Source of the DNA: an uncultured Acidobacteriaceae bacterium
Lineage (GTDB): Bacteria; Acidobacteriota; Terriglobia; Terriglobales; Acidobacteriaceae
Assembly: GCA_963808805.1 (NCBI GenBank)
Contig: CAWEGN010000011.1
Span: forward strand, 34,583-98,582
DNA length: 64,000 nt
Direction of reading: 5' to 3'
Of this stretch, positions 17,991 through 28,842 are shown in pieces. The notes beneath the pieces were generated by a model. That model was not told where the DNA came from and searched no databases. It saw only the letters and a list, made by a program, of their open reading frames with translations. The translations under genes were made by a program, and so were the position numbers. The number at the start of each line of letters is the position of its first letter. Within the stretch, counting starts at the first letter, position 1.

Positions 17991-19168
17991 TTCACCGTCT
18001 GCACCTCAACCGACAGCACCGCCGGCAGATCGCGCACGATCGGCGCCCAGTTATCGCCCGCGTCGGCCGAGGCATAAACCTGGCCGCCCGTGGTGCCGAA
18101 GTAGACTCCGCATTCGTCGAGCGTATCCACGGCCATCGCGTCGCGCAGCACGTTGACATAGCAATCCTTTTCCGGCAGCCCCTTGGCCAGCGGTTCCCAC
18201 TCGTTGCCGCCCGCGCGGCTGCGGTAAACCCGCAGCTTGCCATCCAGCGGAAAATGCTCCGAGTCGCTCTTGATCGGCACAACATAGAGCGTCTCCGGCT
18301 CGTGCGCATGCACGTCGATGGCGAATCCGAAGTCGGTGGGCAGGTTGCCGCTCACCTCGCGCCAGTTCTCGCCGGCGTCGTCCGACCGCATCACGTCCCA
18401 GTGCTTCTGCATGAAGAGCACATCGGGCCGCGAGTGGTGCATGGCCACGTGGTGCACGCAGTGGCCGATCTCCGCGTTTGGATCGGGAATGTATTGGCTG
18501 CGGAGCCCCTTGTTGATCGGCTTCCATGTGGCGCCCCCATCGTCGGTGCGGAACGCCCCCGCGGCCGAGATGGCAATGTAGATTCGCTTGGGATTGCCGG
18601 GATCGAGAAGTATCGTGTGCAGCCCCATACCGCCCGCGCCGGGCTGCCACTTTGGCCCGGTTCCGTGCCCGCGCAACCCGGCAAATTCGTGCCAGTTCTC
18701 CCCGCCGTCAGTGGAACGGAACAGCGCCGCGTCTTCCACGCCGGCGTAGACAGTGTCCGCATCGGTGAGCGACGGCTCCAGATGCCAGACGCGCTTGAAC
18801 TCCCATGGATGCTGCGTGCCGTCGTACCACTGGTGCGTCGTCAGCGGCTTGCCCGTCTCCGGCGAAGCGTCGTACACGAACCGGTTCGGCAATGCAGCCG
18901 GCGGGCCCGGAGGAGGAATCGCTTCATGGGGCACGCCCGGCTGGTGCCACGTCTTGCCGCCGTCATCCGATCGCTGAATCAGCTGTCCGAACCACCCGCT
19001 CGTTTGCGAAACGTAAATCCGGTTGGGGTCCACCGGCGAGCCCTTCATGTGGTAAATCTCCCAGCCGGCGAAGAACGGCCCGCTCACCCTCCAGTCCTTA
19101 CGCTTGCCATCTGAGTTGAGAACGAACGCGCCCTTGTGCGTTCCTACAAGTACTCGCACACTGCTCAT
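17987..19168 (-). CDS. BNR/Asp-box repeat beta-propeller protein (sialidase-fold / Ycf48-like), cytoplasmic
   Basis: Five SxDxGxTW-type Asp boxes: [45 protein letters not shown] lies upstream of ATG 19168. No signal peptide. Confidence 0.8.
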   Translation of the reverse strand: MSSVRVLVGTHKGAFVLNSDGKRKDWRVSGPFFAGWEIYHMKGSPVDPNRIYVSQTSGWFGQLIQRSDDGGKTWHQPGVPHEAIPPPGPPAALPNRFVYDASPETGKPLTTHQWYDGTQHPWEFKRVWHLEPSLTDADTVYAGVEDAALFRSTDGGENWHEFAGLRGHGTGPKWQPGAGGMGLHTILLDPGNPKRIYIAISAAGAFRTDDGGATWKPINKGLRSQYIPDPNAEIGHCVHHVAMHHSRPDVLFMQKHWDVMRSDDAGENWREVSGNLPTDFGFAIDVHAHEPETLYVVPIKSDSEHFPLDGKLRVYRSRAGGNEWEPLAKGLPEKDCYVNVLRDAMAVDTLDECGVYFGTTGGQVYASADAGDNWAPIVRDLPAVLSVEVQTVN

Positions 19169-19483
19169 CTCGACCTCCTGTTTGTTTCCTTCCAACGATC
19201 TGGCTTTTTCCGGCGATGCGGGCCGGAAGTCCAGCCCCTGGGGAATGCCGCACGGCTATTCTTTCCAATTTCCCTTGCAAATTACAAGTATTTTTGTGGC
19301 GCCTCTCAACTTACTTCGCGGGCTGCAGCCCAGCCACGGAGATCAGGCGCACCGGCCCGAGCAGCCCCGGCGGTAACTGCCGTTCATCCAGCGCCGCCAC
19401 GCGCGCGGCCGCTGGTGCAACCGCGCGTGGAAAAGGTGAACACGGCGCACTATGGCTAGGTTCGTTTGGTGTTACGGCCGAGT

Positions 19484-21175
19484 TTAGAACGTGAAGGCGA
19501 GGCCGGCGCGCACGCTGCGCTGATTCGTTGCGAACAGGAGCAGGGAACCATCGCTCAGCAGATACGGGCGATAACCCTCGGCCAGTAGATTCCTCACGTC
19601 CAGCAGAGCCTCCAGGCCGCCCGACCCGTCGCGCGTCACATGAATAGGCTGGCTCAGGTGAAGGCTGAAAAACGGCGCGGCCGCATCTTGCGCAAAGGCG
19701 GCGACCTCCGTCACGGCATCGTCAGGCTGCCAGCGGTAGCTGGCGCTCCAGTGGGTTCCGGTGCCGTCCAGAGTGCCAGAAAGCGCGATCGCGTAGGTCT
19801 GCATGTGCCGCGGACGGACGGAAGCGAGCACCTCGCTGAGCGGAATGGCCTGCGGCAAAGCGGGCATCACCAACGCGCTGCCGCTCGCATAGCTCACCTG
19901 GATACGATTGCCGCCGGGTAAACGATGGTCCACGCTGGCCTGCAACCCTTCGGAAGAGAACGCCGGTCCTGCGGCGCGGAGCAGGTTGCTCGCCCGGTCG
20001 AAGAGCACCTGATCTGTCGTCGGGAAATCGCCTTCTGCAAAATGGCCCAGCGCCTCGATCACAGGATTGTCGAGGTCGTCCGAGTAAATCGCAACGGCCG
20101 CGCCCGAAGCGTCCGTATGCCTCTCCCAGCCAATCTCCTGGTGAAGACCACGTTCCACCACCAATTTGCCGCCGCGCTCCGCCATCGCCGGCAGCCACGC
20201 GCCCGCCTCGGATTCGTCTTCTCCGGCCACATGGCTCTGAACCATGGTGGCCATCCGGTAGCTCACAGCATTGGCGCCGCCGCGCCAAGTAACCGTAGCA
20301 AAGGGCAGCATGGCGGTAGCCATTTCCGGCGAAGGCCCGCCAAGGCGCCCCAGCACAGCGGTTGAACCTACCTCGGCCTCGATCGCTTCGCCCAGATGCA
20401 TCATCTCAGAGCTGTGCACCACCGCTTCGTTCAGCCCCTCGTCTCCCGACCCCTCCACCTCCGGCTCAACCCGCACGGCCGCTACGGACTGTACTGAACC
20501 CGCAAACCCCAAATCTTGCCGGAAGCCCAGCATCGACTCCATGCCGGCATCGGTGCCGGGCGCAAAATCCACACGCGCCAGCAACTCCCGGCTGTTGGCT
20601 GGCGTATCTTCTACTGCCGCCGTAAAGCGTTCGCCGCTCTCGCCGAAGGTTCCCGCCTGGCCGGTCGCCATTAGGCGAGCCTTCAGCTTTGGCTTAACTC
20701 CCGTGCCATCGGAAACCACCACCAACGGCCCATCCTCAAGCCAGCGCAGCAACGGCCGGTTCGCTGCGGACCGCAGCGTCCACGCCCAGTCGTCCTTTTG
20801 CGAGTTGCCGGCGCGTGGCTCAGCCGGAAGCCATTGAATGACCTCATACAGGGTGTTCAGCGTGAGGTTCACCACGACGGCGCCGCGGACCTTGACGTTT
20901 TCCCGCAGTGCGGGCAAAAAGTCGGGCCCCATCGCCTTCAGAGCGTAACGTCCTGGCTCTAGCGACGAAATCAGAAAGCGGCCTTTGCTGTCGGTATATA
21001 CGCTGGTGACCACGCTTAAGTCGGGCCGCAGAAGCTGAACTTCCGTGCCGATCTGAGGCACGCCTGCCGAGTCGTGGACGTAGCCCGACACAGACGCCGC
21101 CGCCGCTCCAAAGGCTGGAGCGGCCCCAAAAACGATCAGCACGGCCAAACCGGCGAGATGGGTGCAAAGCTTCAT
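19484..21175 (-). CDS. Carboxypeptidase-regulatory-like domain outer-membrane protein
   Basis: Signal peptide; N-terminal GYVHDSAGVPQIGTEVQLL..TDSKGRFLISSLEPGRYAL; C-terminal ..RAGLAFTF, typical of beta-barrels. Confidence 0.65.
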   Translation of the reverse strand: MKLCTHLAGLAVLIVFGAAPAFGAAAASVSGYVHDSAGVPQIGTEVQLLRPDLSVVTSVYTDSKGRFLISSLEPGRYALKAMGPDFLPALRENVKVRGAVVVNLTLNTLYEVIQWLPAEPRAGNSQKDDWAWTLRSAANRPLLRWLEDGPLVVVSDGTGVKPKLKARLMATGQAGTFGESGERFTAAVEDTPANSRELLARVDFAPGTDAGMESMLGFRQDLGFAGSVQSVAAVRVEPEVEGSGDEGLNEAVVHSSEMMHLGEAIEAEVGSTAVLGRLGGPSPEMATAMLPFATVTWRGGANAVSYRMATMVQSHVAGEDESEAGAWLPAMAERGGKLVVERGLHQEIGWERHTDASGAAVAIYSDDLDNPVIEALGHFAEGDFPTTDQVLFDRASNLLRAAGPAFSSEGLQASVDHRLPGGNRIQVSYASGSALVMPALPQAIPLSEVLASVRPRHMQTYAIALSGTLDGTGTHWSASYRWQPDDAVTEVAAFAQDAAAPFFSLHLSQPIHVTRDGSGGLEALLDVRNLLAEGYRPYLLSDGSLLLFATNQRSVRAGLAFTF

Positions 21176-21280
21176 CAGCAGATCGGAAAACCCGCCGCGT
21201 CCCTGGCATCTTCCCTATAAACAAAAACCCGACAGCCCACCGAATTCTCCGGTTCAGTTGGTGCTTGTACGGATTGCTTC

Positions 21281-23029
21281 TTATTCGACGACAAAAGGAG
21301 TCGATTGTGCAATCTCTTGTTTTGAGATCGCATCATCGAGCTTCACTATCACCTTGTACTTGCCGGGCCCCAGACCGGCAATATTGAGGGACTTCTCGAC
21401 CGTAAGCTGGTCGCTGTGTGCCCCTAAATCTTTTGATTCCAATTGCTTCTGAAGAATCACAGTCCCAGCCGCATCGGTAATCTGGTAGGTAACCGTGGCT
21501 GAGTTACTCTTGGTAGCTTCGTCAATCCCAAGGTTATAAAACTGCATCCAGAAATTCAGGTTCTGGTCGCGCTTGAAGCTTACCGGAGTAGCCGGGTTCG
21601 AGGCCACTCGCGGCCGGATAAACGTATTACTGATGATGAAGTTGCCGCTGCCGATCTGCCGTGAGGAAACCGTGTTCATTTCGTCCGCCAGAATCAGCGA
21701 CGAAGCCCCGAGTTTATCGTCCTGGTACATCGGAACATCAATTCCTCTTCCGTAAATTCCGATGTGATCCGGATTGTTCACGTCTTTAATCGCGATATCC
21801 AGACGGTAGAGGCCGGGCGGAAGAGGCAGCGCCTTCCAGTAGAGCGATTTGTGATCGAGGGTCTTCTCCAATAGCTCGGCAGGCTGATCGATCTCCACCG
21901 TGTCTTCGAACGTCTGCACCGTCTTGTGCATAATCGTGGTTACTTTGCCCAGGATGTTCACCACACCCTTGGAGACTCCGTCCTTGGTCACGAAAGTGAC
22001 GTCGCGGTTGCGGATCTGGATGGTAATTGGCACCAGATCCATGCTGTCGGTCACCTTGACAAAATCCGTGCGCACATCAAATGGAAAAGGCGGGCCGGTG
22101 AGCACCTTGTGCTCGGAGACAAAAGCATCCAAATCCTTGAACTGGATCGGTGGGGGCGCGAATAGCTTGGCGGCCAACTCGATGCGGTCGAACTCCTTGG
22201 CCTCCTGGCCCTGGCCCTTAAACATCGGGTTAGCGCCGAACTGTTCGATGCCACCACCTTCGAGCCGGTCCGACTTGTCCGGGTTTTTTTCCATCGATTC
22301 ATACTGGGTAAGCCCTGCCTGAGGCACCTCCTTCAGCGCGTCTTTCTCGGTGCGGTCGATGGTAAAGTGGTAGTCGCCGCACTGGCAGGTGTCCACGAAC
22401 TCGATGTCGATGTTTTCGCCGATGCCCTCCAGATAGCGATAGTGCCAAGTCTCGAACGGGTACGTGGATGTCACGCCGCCGCCCTCTTCCTCCGGTCGCT
22501 CATACTCTCCGCCCGAGGAATGGGAATCGATCGAGTCCGGTGGACCCCACATGATGTAGATGCGCCCGCGATCCGTCTTCCATCCCGGCTTGCCCGCTGC
22601 ATAGTGATCGTTGGCGTATTGAATGCGCCGGTAGTGTTCGTCGCGGAACTCATTTTCCGGTGAGTCGGGATTGGGGTTGCGCCGCTGCCAGAAGTTCTCG
22701 ATAAACGCCTCGCGCTCCTCATCGTTGCTCAGGTTCAGAAACGCTTTACGCTCATCGTCGGTAATAATGTAGGGCACTTCCTCGTTGAGCCAGGTCTTGT
22801 AGGTGCCCTTCAACTCCTGGCGCAGTTCCTTTTGCTGCTTGTATCTTTCTTTATCCGAGAGCGGCCGGTTGAGGGGGTTTGCTTCCTGATCCTGATCGCT
22901 CGCGGGCGCTTGCGCCTGACTTGCGGTAGGCGCCGCGTCGTTATGCTGCGCCAAAACCCCGGTCGCGGGCATGAAAACCAGGCCGCAACCAAGGGCAGTG
23001 AAAAGAAGACGGCGGCTGAAGAACGTCAT
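21281..23029 (-). CDS. GWxTD domain-containing secreted protein
   Basis: Signal peptide and the GWKTDRGRIYIMWGPPD motif. Visibly lower GC than its neighbours. Confidence 0.75.
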   Translation of the reverse strand: MTFFSRRLLFTALGCGLVFMPATGVLAQHNDAAPTASQAQAPASDQDQEANPLNRPLSDKERYKQQKELRQELKGTYKTWLNEEVPYIITDDERKAFLNLSNDEEREAFIENFWQRRNPNPDSPENEFRDEHYRRIQYANDHYAAGKPGWKTDRGRIYIMWGPPDSIDSHSSGGEYERPEEEGGGVTSTYPFETWHYRYLEGIGENIDIEFVDTCQCGDYHFTIDRTEKDALKEVPQAGLTQYESMEKNPDKSDRLEGGGIEQFGANPMFKGQGQEAKEFDRIELAAKLFAPPPIQFKDLDAFVSEHKVLTGPPFPFDVRTDFVKVTDSMDLVPITIQIRNRDVTFVTKDGVSKGVVNILGKVTTIMHKTVQTFEDTVEIDQPAELLEKTLDHKSLYWKALPLPPGLYRLDIAIKDVNNPDHIGIYGRGIDVPMYQDDKLGASSLILADEMNTVSSRQIGSGNFIISNTFIRPRVASNPATPVSFKRDQNLNFWMQFYNLGIDEATKSNSATVTYQITDAAGTVILQKQLESKDLGAHSDQLTVEKSLNIAGLGPGKYKVIVKLDDAISKQEIAQSTPFVVE

Positions 23030-23410
23030 TGCCTTGAATACTCCTGCTATGACTTCATTTTACGGCTACGTGAGACGTCGGGCAAGGTTCAGTGCACAGC
23101 CTTTCGCCTGTTGGACGTATCAGCGGCGTCAATGTCACCGGTTCAGCGGCTGGCAAGAGTGGGAATTCACACGATTCGTGACCTGAATGGCTCGCTGGAA
23201 GGGCCTCCCGACGTCCAACCGTCAGGCTTGTATCTGCCACGCTCCACACGCCTGGCAGGCAGACGGGCATCCAAACGGGCGATGTTTCATCGGTACTCGC
23301 GGTTGACAGGCAGCTTGTGCGGCCGGGAACGGCATTTCAGCCCCTTAGGAACCATTCGCCGCGCGGGCGCGTACACTGGATTGTAGAAAAAACTGGGATT
23401 CGATGCGCTC

Positions 23411-24784
23411 ATGAAGAAAATTCTTCTTATCGCTCTGGTTGTGCTTGTGGCCGCCGGATTAGTAGCCTTCATGGTCATCAAGCAGCAGTCCGGCTATACC
23501 AAGGTCTACACCGCCGCCTTGACGCGCGAGGACCTGTCCACCATCGTCAGCGGCACCGGCCAGATCAAGCCCAAGAGCTACGTGAACGTGGGAGCCACGT
23601 CATTTGGCCGCATCACCCACTTCTTCGTGAAGGAGGGCGACCGCGTAAAAAAAGGCGAGATGCTGGCCACGATCGAGAATGTGCAGCAAGAGTCAACGGT
23701 CAACGCGCAGCAGGCCACCATTGACGCCGCCAGGACCGACATCGCCTCATATATCGCCGCTGAGAAAACCGCCCAGGCCAATGTCGAGCACGCTCAGGCC
23801 GACCTCGAGCAGAAAAAGCTCGACTGGGACCGCGCCCAGGCCCTCTACAAAGACGGCATCATGGCCAAGCAGGACTACGACGCCAAAAAGGCCGCCTACG
23901 ATCTCGATGTTGCCTCGTTGGGCCAAGCCGTCGCCGGACTCAATCAGGCCAAGGCGCAGACTGATTCAGCCCGCGGCCATCTGCAGACGGCTATCGCGAA
24001 CCTCCGCGCCGACCAGGATCTCCTCAACAAGACCATCGCCACGGCTCCTTTCGACGGCATAGTGACGAACGAACCTGTCCGCGAAGGCGAAACCGTTGTC
24101 ACAGGCATCCAGAACAGCGAGGGCTCCACGCTGATGACGCTCGCCGACATGAGCATCATCACCGCCGAGGTTAAGGTCGACGAAACCGACATCATCAACG
24201 TGCAACTCGGCCAGCCCGCCGAAGTCACCGTTGACGCTCTGCCTAACAAAGTGTTCAAGGGCCACGTCACCCTGGTCGGCGATCAGGCTCTGTTGCGCTC
24301 CACGGGTGTGGCCACATCGCAGTCCACCACGGGCACCGAGGAAGCCAAAGACTTCAAGGTCGTGGTCACGCTCGACAATCCCTCCGATGAGCTTCGCCCC
24401 GGCCTTTCGTGCTCTGCCAAAATTACCACCGCGCATAAGACCAATGTGCTCGCACTGCCCATCCAGGCTCTCACCATGCACGATCCGGCCACCGACGTTG
24501 CCAAGCCGGGCGGCGGTGTTCAGGCAGCGTCTGCTCCCGTGAAGTCCAACCCCGTGCAGGGTGTCTTCGTCGTTCAGAAGGATCCGCACGGCAGGCTGCG
24601 CGCCAGATTCGTTCCCGTTACCACCGGCATTACCGGGGCCACCGACATCGAAGTGCTCTCCGGCCTGAACCAGGGTGAAGAAATCGTCACTGGCCCCTAC
24701 AAAACTCTGCGCGACCTTAAGGGAGGCGCTTTGCTCAAACGCGACAAGTCCGCACTGGCGTTGTTGACGGGCAGCTCCAGTTGA
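23411..24784 (+). CDS. HlyD/MacA-type periplasmic adaptor (membrane fusion protein)
   Basis: N-terminal TM anchor, long alpha-helical hairpin region (..AQANVEHAQADLEQKKLDWDRAQALY..), beta-barrel C-terminal part. Directly upstream of an ABC ATPase. Confidence 0.8.
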   Translation: MKKILLIALVVLVAAGLVAFMVIKQQSGYTKVYTAALTREDLSTIVSGTGQIKPKSYVNVGATSFGRITHFFVKEGDRVKKGEMLATIENVQQESTVNAQQATIDAARTDIASYIAAEKTAQANVEHAQADLEQKKLDWDRAQALYKDGIMAKQDYDAKKAAYDLDVASLGQAVAGLNQAKAQTDSARGHLQTAIANLRADQDLLNKTIATAPFDGIVTNEPVREGETVVTGIQNSEGSTLMTLADMSIITAEVKVDETDIINVQLGQPAEVTVDALPNKVFKGHVTLVGDQALLRSTGVATSQSTTGTEEAKDFKVVVTLDNPSDELRPGLSCSAKITTAHKTNVLALPIQALTMHDPATDVAKPGGGVQAASAPVKSNPVQGVFVVQKDPHGRLRARFVPVTTGITGATDIEVLSGLNQGEEIVTGPYKTLRDLKGGALLKRDKSALALLTGSSS

Positions 24785-24838
24785 CGCGCTGGTGCGCTGG
24801 CTGACTGCAGTTCAATTTCGAAAGAGGATGAGTCTTAG

Positions 24839-25591
24839 ATGGCTTTGAACGGTATCGGCATTGAGGAACTACCGCGGACCACGGTCGTCAACGCGAACGA
24901 CATGATCGTCGTCGAGGATCTGTGGCGCACGTACGATATGGGCTCGGAACAGCAGGTGCAAGCCCTGCGCGGCATTTCGCTACGCATCCGCCACAACGAA
25001 TATGTGGCCATCATGGGGCCCTCCGGTTCGGGCAAGTCCACCCTGATGAACCTGATCGGCTGCCTCGACACCCCATCAAAGGGCCGCTACTGGCTAAACG
25101 GCCAGTTGGTCAGCGATCTTGACAACGATCAGCTCGCGCGCATTCGCAACAAGGAGATTGGCTTCGTCTTCCAGACCTTCAATCTGCTGGCCCGCGCCAC
25201 TGCGCTGCACAATGTGGAGCTGCCCCTTATTTACAACGGCACCCCGTCTGCCGAGCGCATCGCGCGCGCCAAGCAGACCCTCGCCGACGTGGGGCTGGAA
25301 TCGCGCATGATGCACAAACCCAACGAGCTATCGGGCGGCCAGCGCCAGCGTGTCGCCGTCGCCCGTGCCCTGGTCAACAATCCGTCGATCATCCTCGCCG
25401 ACGAGCCCACGGGAAATCTCGACTCCAAGACCGGCCTCGAGATCATGGCCCTCTTCGATCAGCTCCACGCCCGCGGCAACACCATCGTACTCGTTACTCA
25501 TGAGGCTGATATCGCGCAGTTCGCCCATCGCGTCGTTCACATCCGCGACGGCCAGATCTTCTCTGATGAAGCTTCTTCGCGGCGTAGGTAG
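24839..25591 (+). CDS. ABC transporter ATP-binding protein (MacB/LolD-type ATPase); the start may be ATG 24902
   Basis: Walker [10 protein letters not shown], signature [15 protein letters not shown], Walker [14 protein letters not shown]-loop VTHE. Confidence 0.9.
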   Translation: MALNGIGIEELPRTTVVNANDMIVVEDLWRTYDMGSEQQVQALRGISLRIRHNEYVAIMGPSGSGKSTLMNLIGCLDTPSKGRYWLNGQLVSDLDNDQLARIRNKEIGFVFQTFNLLARATALHNVELPLIYNGTPSAERIARAKQTLADVGLESRMMHKPNELSGGQRQRVAVARALVNNPSIILADEPTGNLDSKTGLEIMALFDQLHARGNTIVLVTHEADIAQFAHRVVHIRDGQIFSDEASSRRR

Positions 25592-26107
25592 GCTCACCCC
25601 GCGCCGTAGCCGGACGAGCAGCGCAACGGCGTGCGCGCCCGCGTTTTTCACAGGAAGACAGCCATCCTTGACGGAAATTTCATCAATTTGTCTTGACAGG
25701 AGAAAAAATTAGAGGCAACATTTCCACAGAAGGTAAGGGGATTGACGCAGGCGGTCAGGGTGACCGCTAGCGCACGTAGAATCATATCCTGGCTTTCCTT
25801 CTTTTCCCCTCCTCGATAGCTGAGGTTGTTGCGCCCTGGTTCTTCAGCCGGTGTTACTGCGCCGTCACTCGAAACTGTTCAACGGTTTGGCGCTGAGGGC
25901 TTGAGCGCGTCGCAGGCCTCTATCGGTGCGCATGCTGGCACCCGCCGATCCTGCAGGTTTAGACGGCTTTCCGCTTTCGACCGGATCTTCGCCGGCTGGC
26001 GCATGCAAGATGCAGATTCCGCGGGAAATCCGCAGTGCGGGTTTCCTCTCGCGGTGGTTTTCTTTCACCATCGCCCTCAACCGTTAAGGCGCTGAACGGA
26101 GGGTTCT

Positions 26108-26449
26108 ATGGTCGTCACTTCACAATGCATCGGGCGCAGGGTGACAGGGCTCTATGTGGGCGCCAGCAATGTGCGCCGCTACTTCCGCAAGGGCATCACC
26201 GAGATTGAATTGCAGCTCGATCACCTGCGCATCGAGTGCGGGCTGGCGCCGAATTTCTGGCGGGACCAGCCGGAGATTCACGACCCCCGGTTGTGCCTCT
26301 GGCTGGAATCGAAGCATCGCAACGGAAACGGGCACGCGACGATCCCGATGGCCATGATCCCGTCGGGAAAAAACTCATTCATCCTTGGCCCCGCCGGCAT
26401 GAGCGCACAACAGGCGGGCGATAAAAGCGGAGACTCCAATGACAACTGA
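26108..26449 (+). CDS. Hypothetical protein (113 aa)
   Basis: ORF with coding-like composition. Overlaps the next ORF by 11 nt. No family recognised. Confidence 0.45.
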   Translation: MVVTSQCIGRRVTGLYVGASNVRRYFRKGITEIELQLDHLRIECGLAPNFWRDQPEIHDPRLCLWLESKHRNGNGHATIPMAMIPSGKNSFILGPAGMSAQQAGDKSGDSNDN

Positions 26450-26975
26450 TATGGCCCCGACCGAGTTGGGAGCGCGCGCTGCCGAAGCTTTGGCGGCGCT
26501 GCTCACCCGGTTTTCCGGTATCAGGCTGAAAGAAATGAGACGTGAATCCCCAGCCGGTGGCCGGGCCGTCGAGATCGTGGCCCGCATCGATGTCTTCGGT
26601 CACACTCATACATTGGCATGTGAAGTGCACTCCGACGGAGAACCGGGTCACGTGCGCACAGCGTTGCACGGTTTACGCGACAGTGCAGCTCATCTCCCCG
26701 CCAACACTACACCTGTCCTCATCGCGCCTTATCTTTCACCCGAAGCGCAAGCATTCTGCAACGAAAATCAAGCTGGATTCCTCGATCTCGAAGGCAATGC
26801 CCGCCTGACTGTGGGCGAGGTCTTCATCGGCACGCGCTCGCTTCCCTGCCATGCTATCGGTCGCCTATCCGCTGCATACCATCAGCCCCCTGCCCGTTCC
26901 CCTGCGAATGAGATTGTCCATGACGGCTTGCGCAGGCCTTCGCGATCTCACACAGCATCTGCGCTCGTAGCCTGA
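26439..26975 (+). CDS. Hypothetical protein, possibly a truncated PD-(D/E)XK-like fold protein
   Basis: The segment [55 protein letters not shown] loosely resembles D..ExK nuclease-fold proteins, with K replaced by H. The C-terminal third looks degenerate. Based on memory only. Confidence 0.35.
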   Translation: MTTDMAPTELGARAAEALAALLTRFSGIRLKEMRRESPAGGRAVEIVARIDVFGHTHTLACEVHSDGEPGHVRTALHGLRDSAAHLPANTTPVLIAPYLSPEAQAFCNENQAGFLDLEGNARLTVGEVFIGTRSLPCHAIGRLSAAYHQPPARSPANEIVHDGLRRPSRSHTASALVA

Positions 26976-27122
26976 AGCATATGCGAAGCTGCATTCTGGA
27001 ACGTCCATCCCAGCAAACCGCGCCTTGCCCGCCTGTTCCGCCCGAGGCGAAAACGCTATCCACCGCCTCTGTTTGCCGCGTGCGAAACCACATCGATTGT
27101 CATGTGAACGTCACGCCGCCGC

Positions 27123-28777
27123 TCAGATCTCCAGAATCACCGGCATGATCATCGGCCGCCGTCCCGTGCTCTTCTGGATCAGCCGCTTCAGCTCCACGCG
27201 CACCCGCTCATTCACGACGCCGTAGTCTGACTTCTGCTCTGTGCTCAGCCCATCCAGCGTCTTCAGCACCGTCTCTCGCGCCTGGTCGGTAATGTCCGCG
27301 CCGCCGAACCCACGCATCAGCACCTCCGGCTCGCGCTCCACCTTGCCCGTCCTCTTGTTGATGGCCATCACCGCCAGCACCACGCCGTCTTCCGACAGAA
27401 TCCGCCGGTCGCGAATCACCAGGTCCTCCACCACGTCGATCGACGAGCCGGAATCGATGAGGATTCGTCCCGCCGTCACCTTCTCTTGTTTGCGCGCATC
27501 GTCCTTATCCAGCTCCAGCACGTCGCCGTCTTCGAGCACAATGGCGTGGTCCACCGCGCCCGTCTCCATGGCCACCTGCGCGTGCCTCCGCAAAAAACGG
27601 TAGTCACCGTGAATGGGGATGAAAAACTTCGGCCGCACCAGGTTAATCAACAGACGCATCTCCTCCTGGCTGCCGTGACCGCTCACATGGATCAGTCCAT
27701 GCTGCCCGTCGTCGTAAATTACGTTCGCTTCGCGCCGGCTCAGGTGGTCGATCACGCGGAAGATCCCCTTCTCGTTCCCGGGAATAATCCGCGAGCTCAG
27801 CACCACCGTGTCGCCCGGCTCGATCTTCGCGTGCTTGTGATTGTCCACAGCGGCGCGGCTCAGGCGCTCAGCGGCTCGCCCTGCGTTCCGCTGATCAGCA
27901 CCATCATCTGCTCCGGCGGAAAGTCCCGGATCTGCCCGGGATTCACGATCAGCCCCGGCGGCACGTCGATGTAGCCGAGATCCTGCGCGATCTCCGTGCT
28001 CTCCATCATCGAACGGCCCACCACGGCCACCTTGCGCCCGTGCTTGCGCGCCAGTTCCATGGCAATGCGAATGCGGTAGATCGAAGACGAAAAACAACTG
28101 AAGAACAGCTTCTTCCTGGTCTGCGTGAACACCTCGTCCAGCCGCGGAATCACCGCCCGCTCGCTGGGCGTGTACCCCGTCCGCTCAACGTTGGTCGAGT
28201 CCTGCAGCAGCGCCAGCACGCCCCGCTTGCCATACTCGGCAAAGGTGTGCAGATCGAAGGCCTTGTCGTCCAGCGGCGCCAGGTCGATCTTGAAGTCGCC
28301 GGTATGAATAACGATGCCGACCGGCGTTTCGATCGCCAGCGCCACGCAATCCACCAGCGAGTGCGTCACGCGGATGGGCTCGATGGTGAACGGCCCAATC
28401 GTGAACTTCGCCTTCGGCTCGATCTCGATCAGTTCCGCTTCGTCGAGCAGTTCGTGCTCCTCCAGCTTGTCTTCCACGTATGCCAACGTGAACTCGGTGG
28501 CGTACACCGGCACCTTCAGCTCGTTCAGCATCCACGGCAGCCCGCCGATGTGGTCCTCGTGCCCATGCGTCAGCACGATGGCCCGAACGTGCTTCTTGTT
28601 CTCAATCAAATAGGTGATGTCGGGCACAACAATGTCCACGCCGAGCAACTCCGTCTCGGGGAACATCAGGCCCGCGTCGATCACAATGATGTCGTCTTCC
28701 CAGCGCAAAGCCAGGCAGTTCATACCGAACTCGCCCAGCCCGCCAAGGGGAATGATTTGCAGCTTTTTTGTTTGCAT
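27123..28777 (-). pseudogene. rnj: Ribonuclease J (metallo-beta-lactamase/beta-CASP), frameshifted as assembled
   Basis: ORF 27860-28777 carries HGHEDHIGG and ends ..GTQGEPLSA-stop. ORF 27123-28097 continues LSRAAVDNHKHAKIEPGD...HVSGHGSQEE. Adding one C to GCCTG at 27861-27865 (giving GCC CTG) joins them. Confidence 0.88.
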
Positions 28778-28842
28778 CGGTCAACTTCGATGCTACCACT
28801 GTTGGCCTTTGCGCGATCCTAGCGGCGCCGAGTCAAGCGTCG

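Noticed and set aside
25592-26107. Riboswitch, small RNA or retron-like element in the 516-bp gap after the ABC ATPase
   Set aside because: I could not recognise any conserved riboswitch core, RNase P, tmRNA, SRP or 6S signature. No reverse transcriptase is nearby. Only short, unremarkable hairpins are present.
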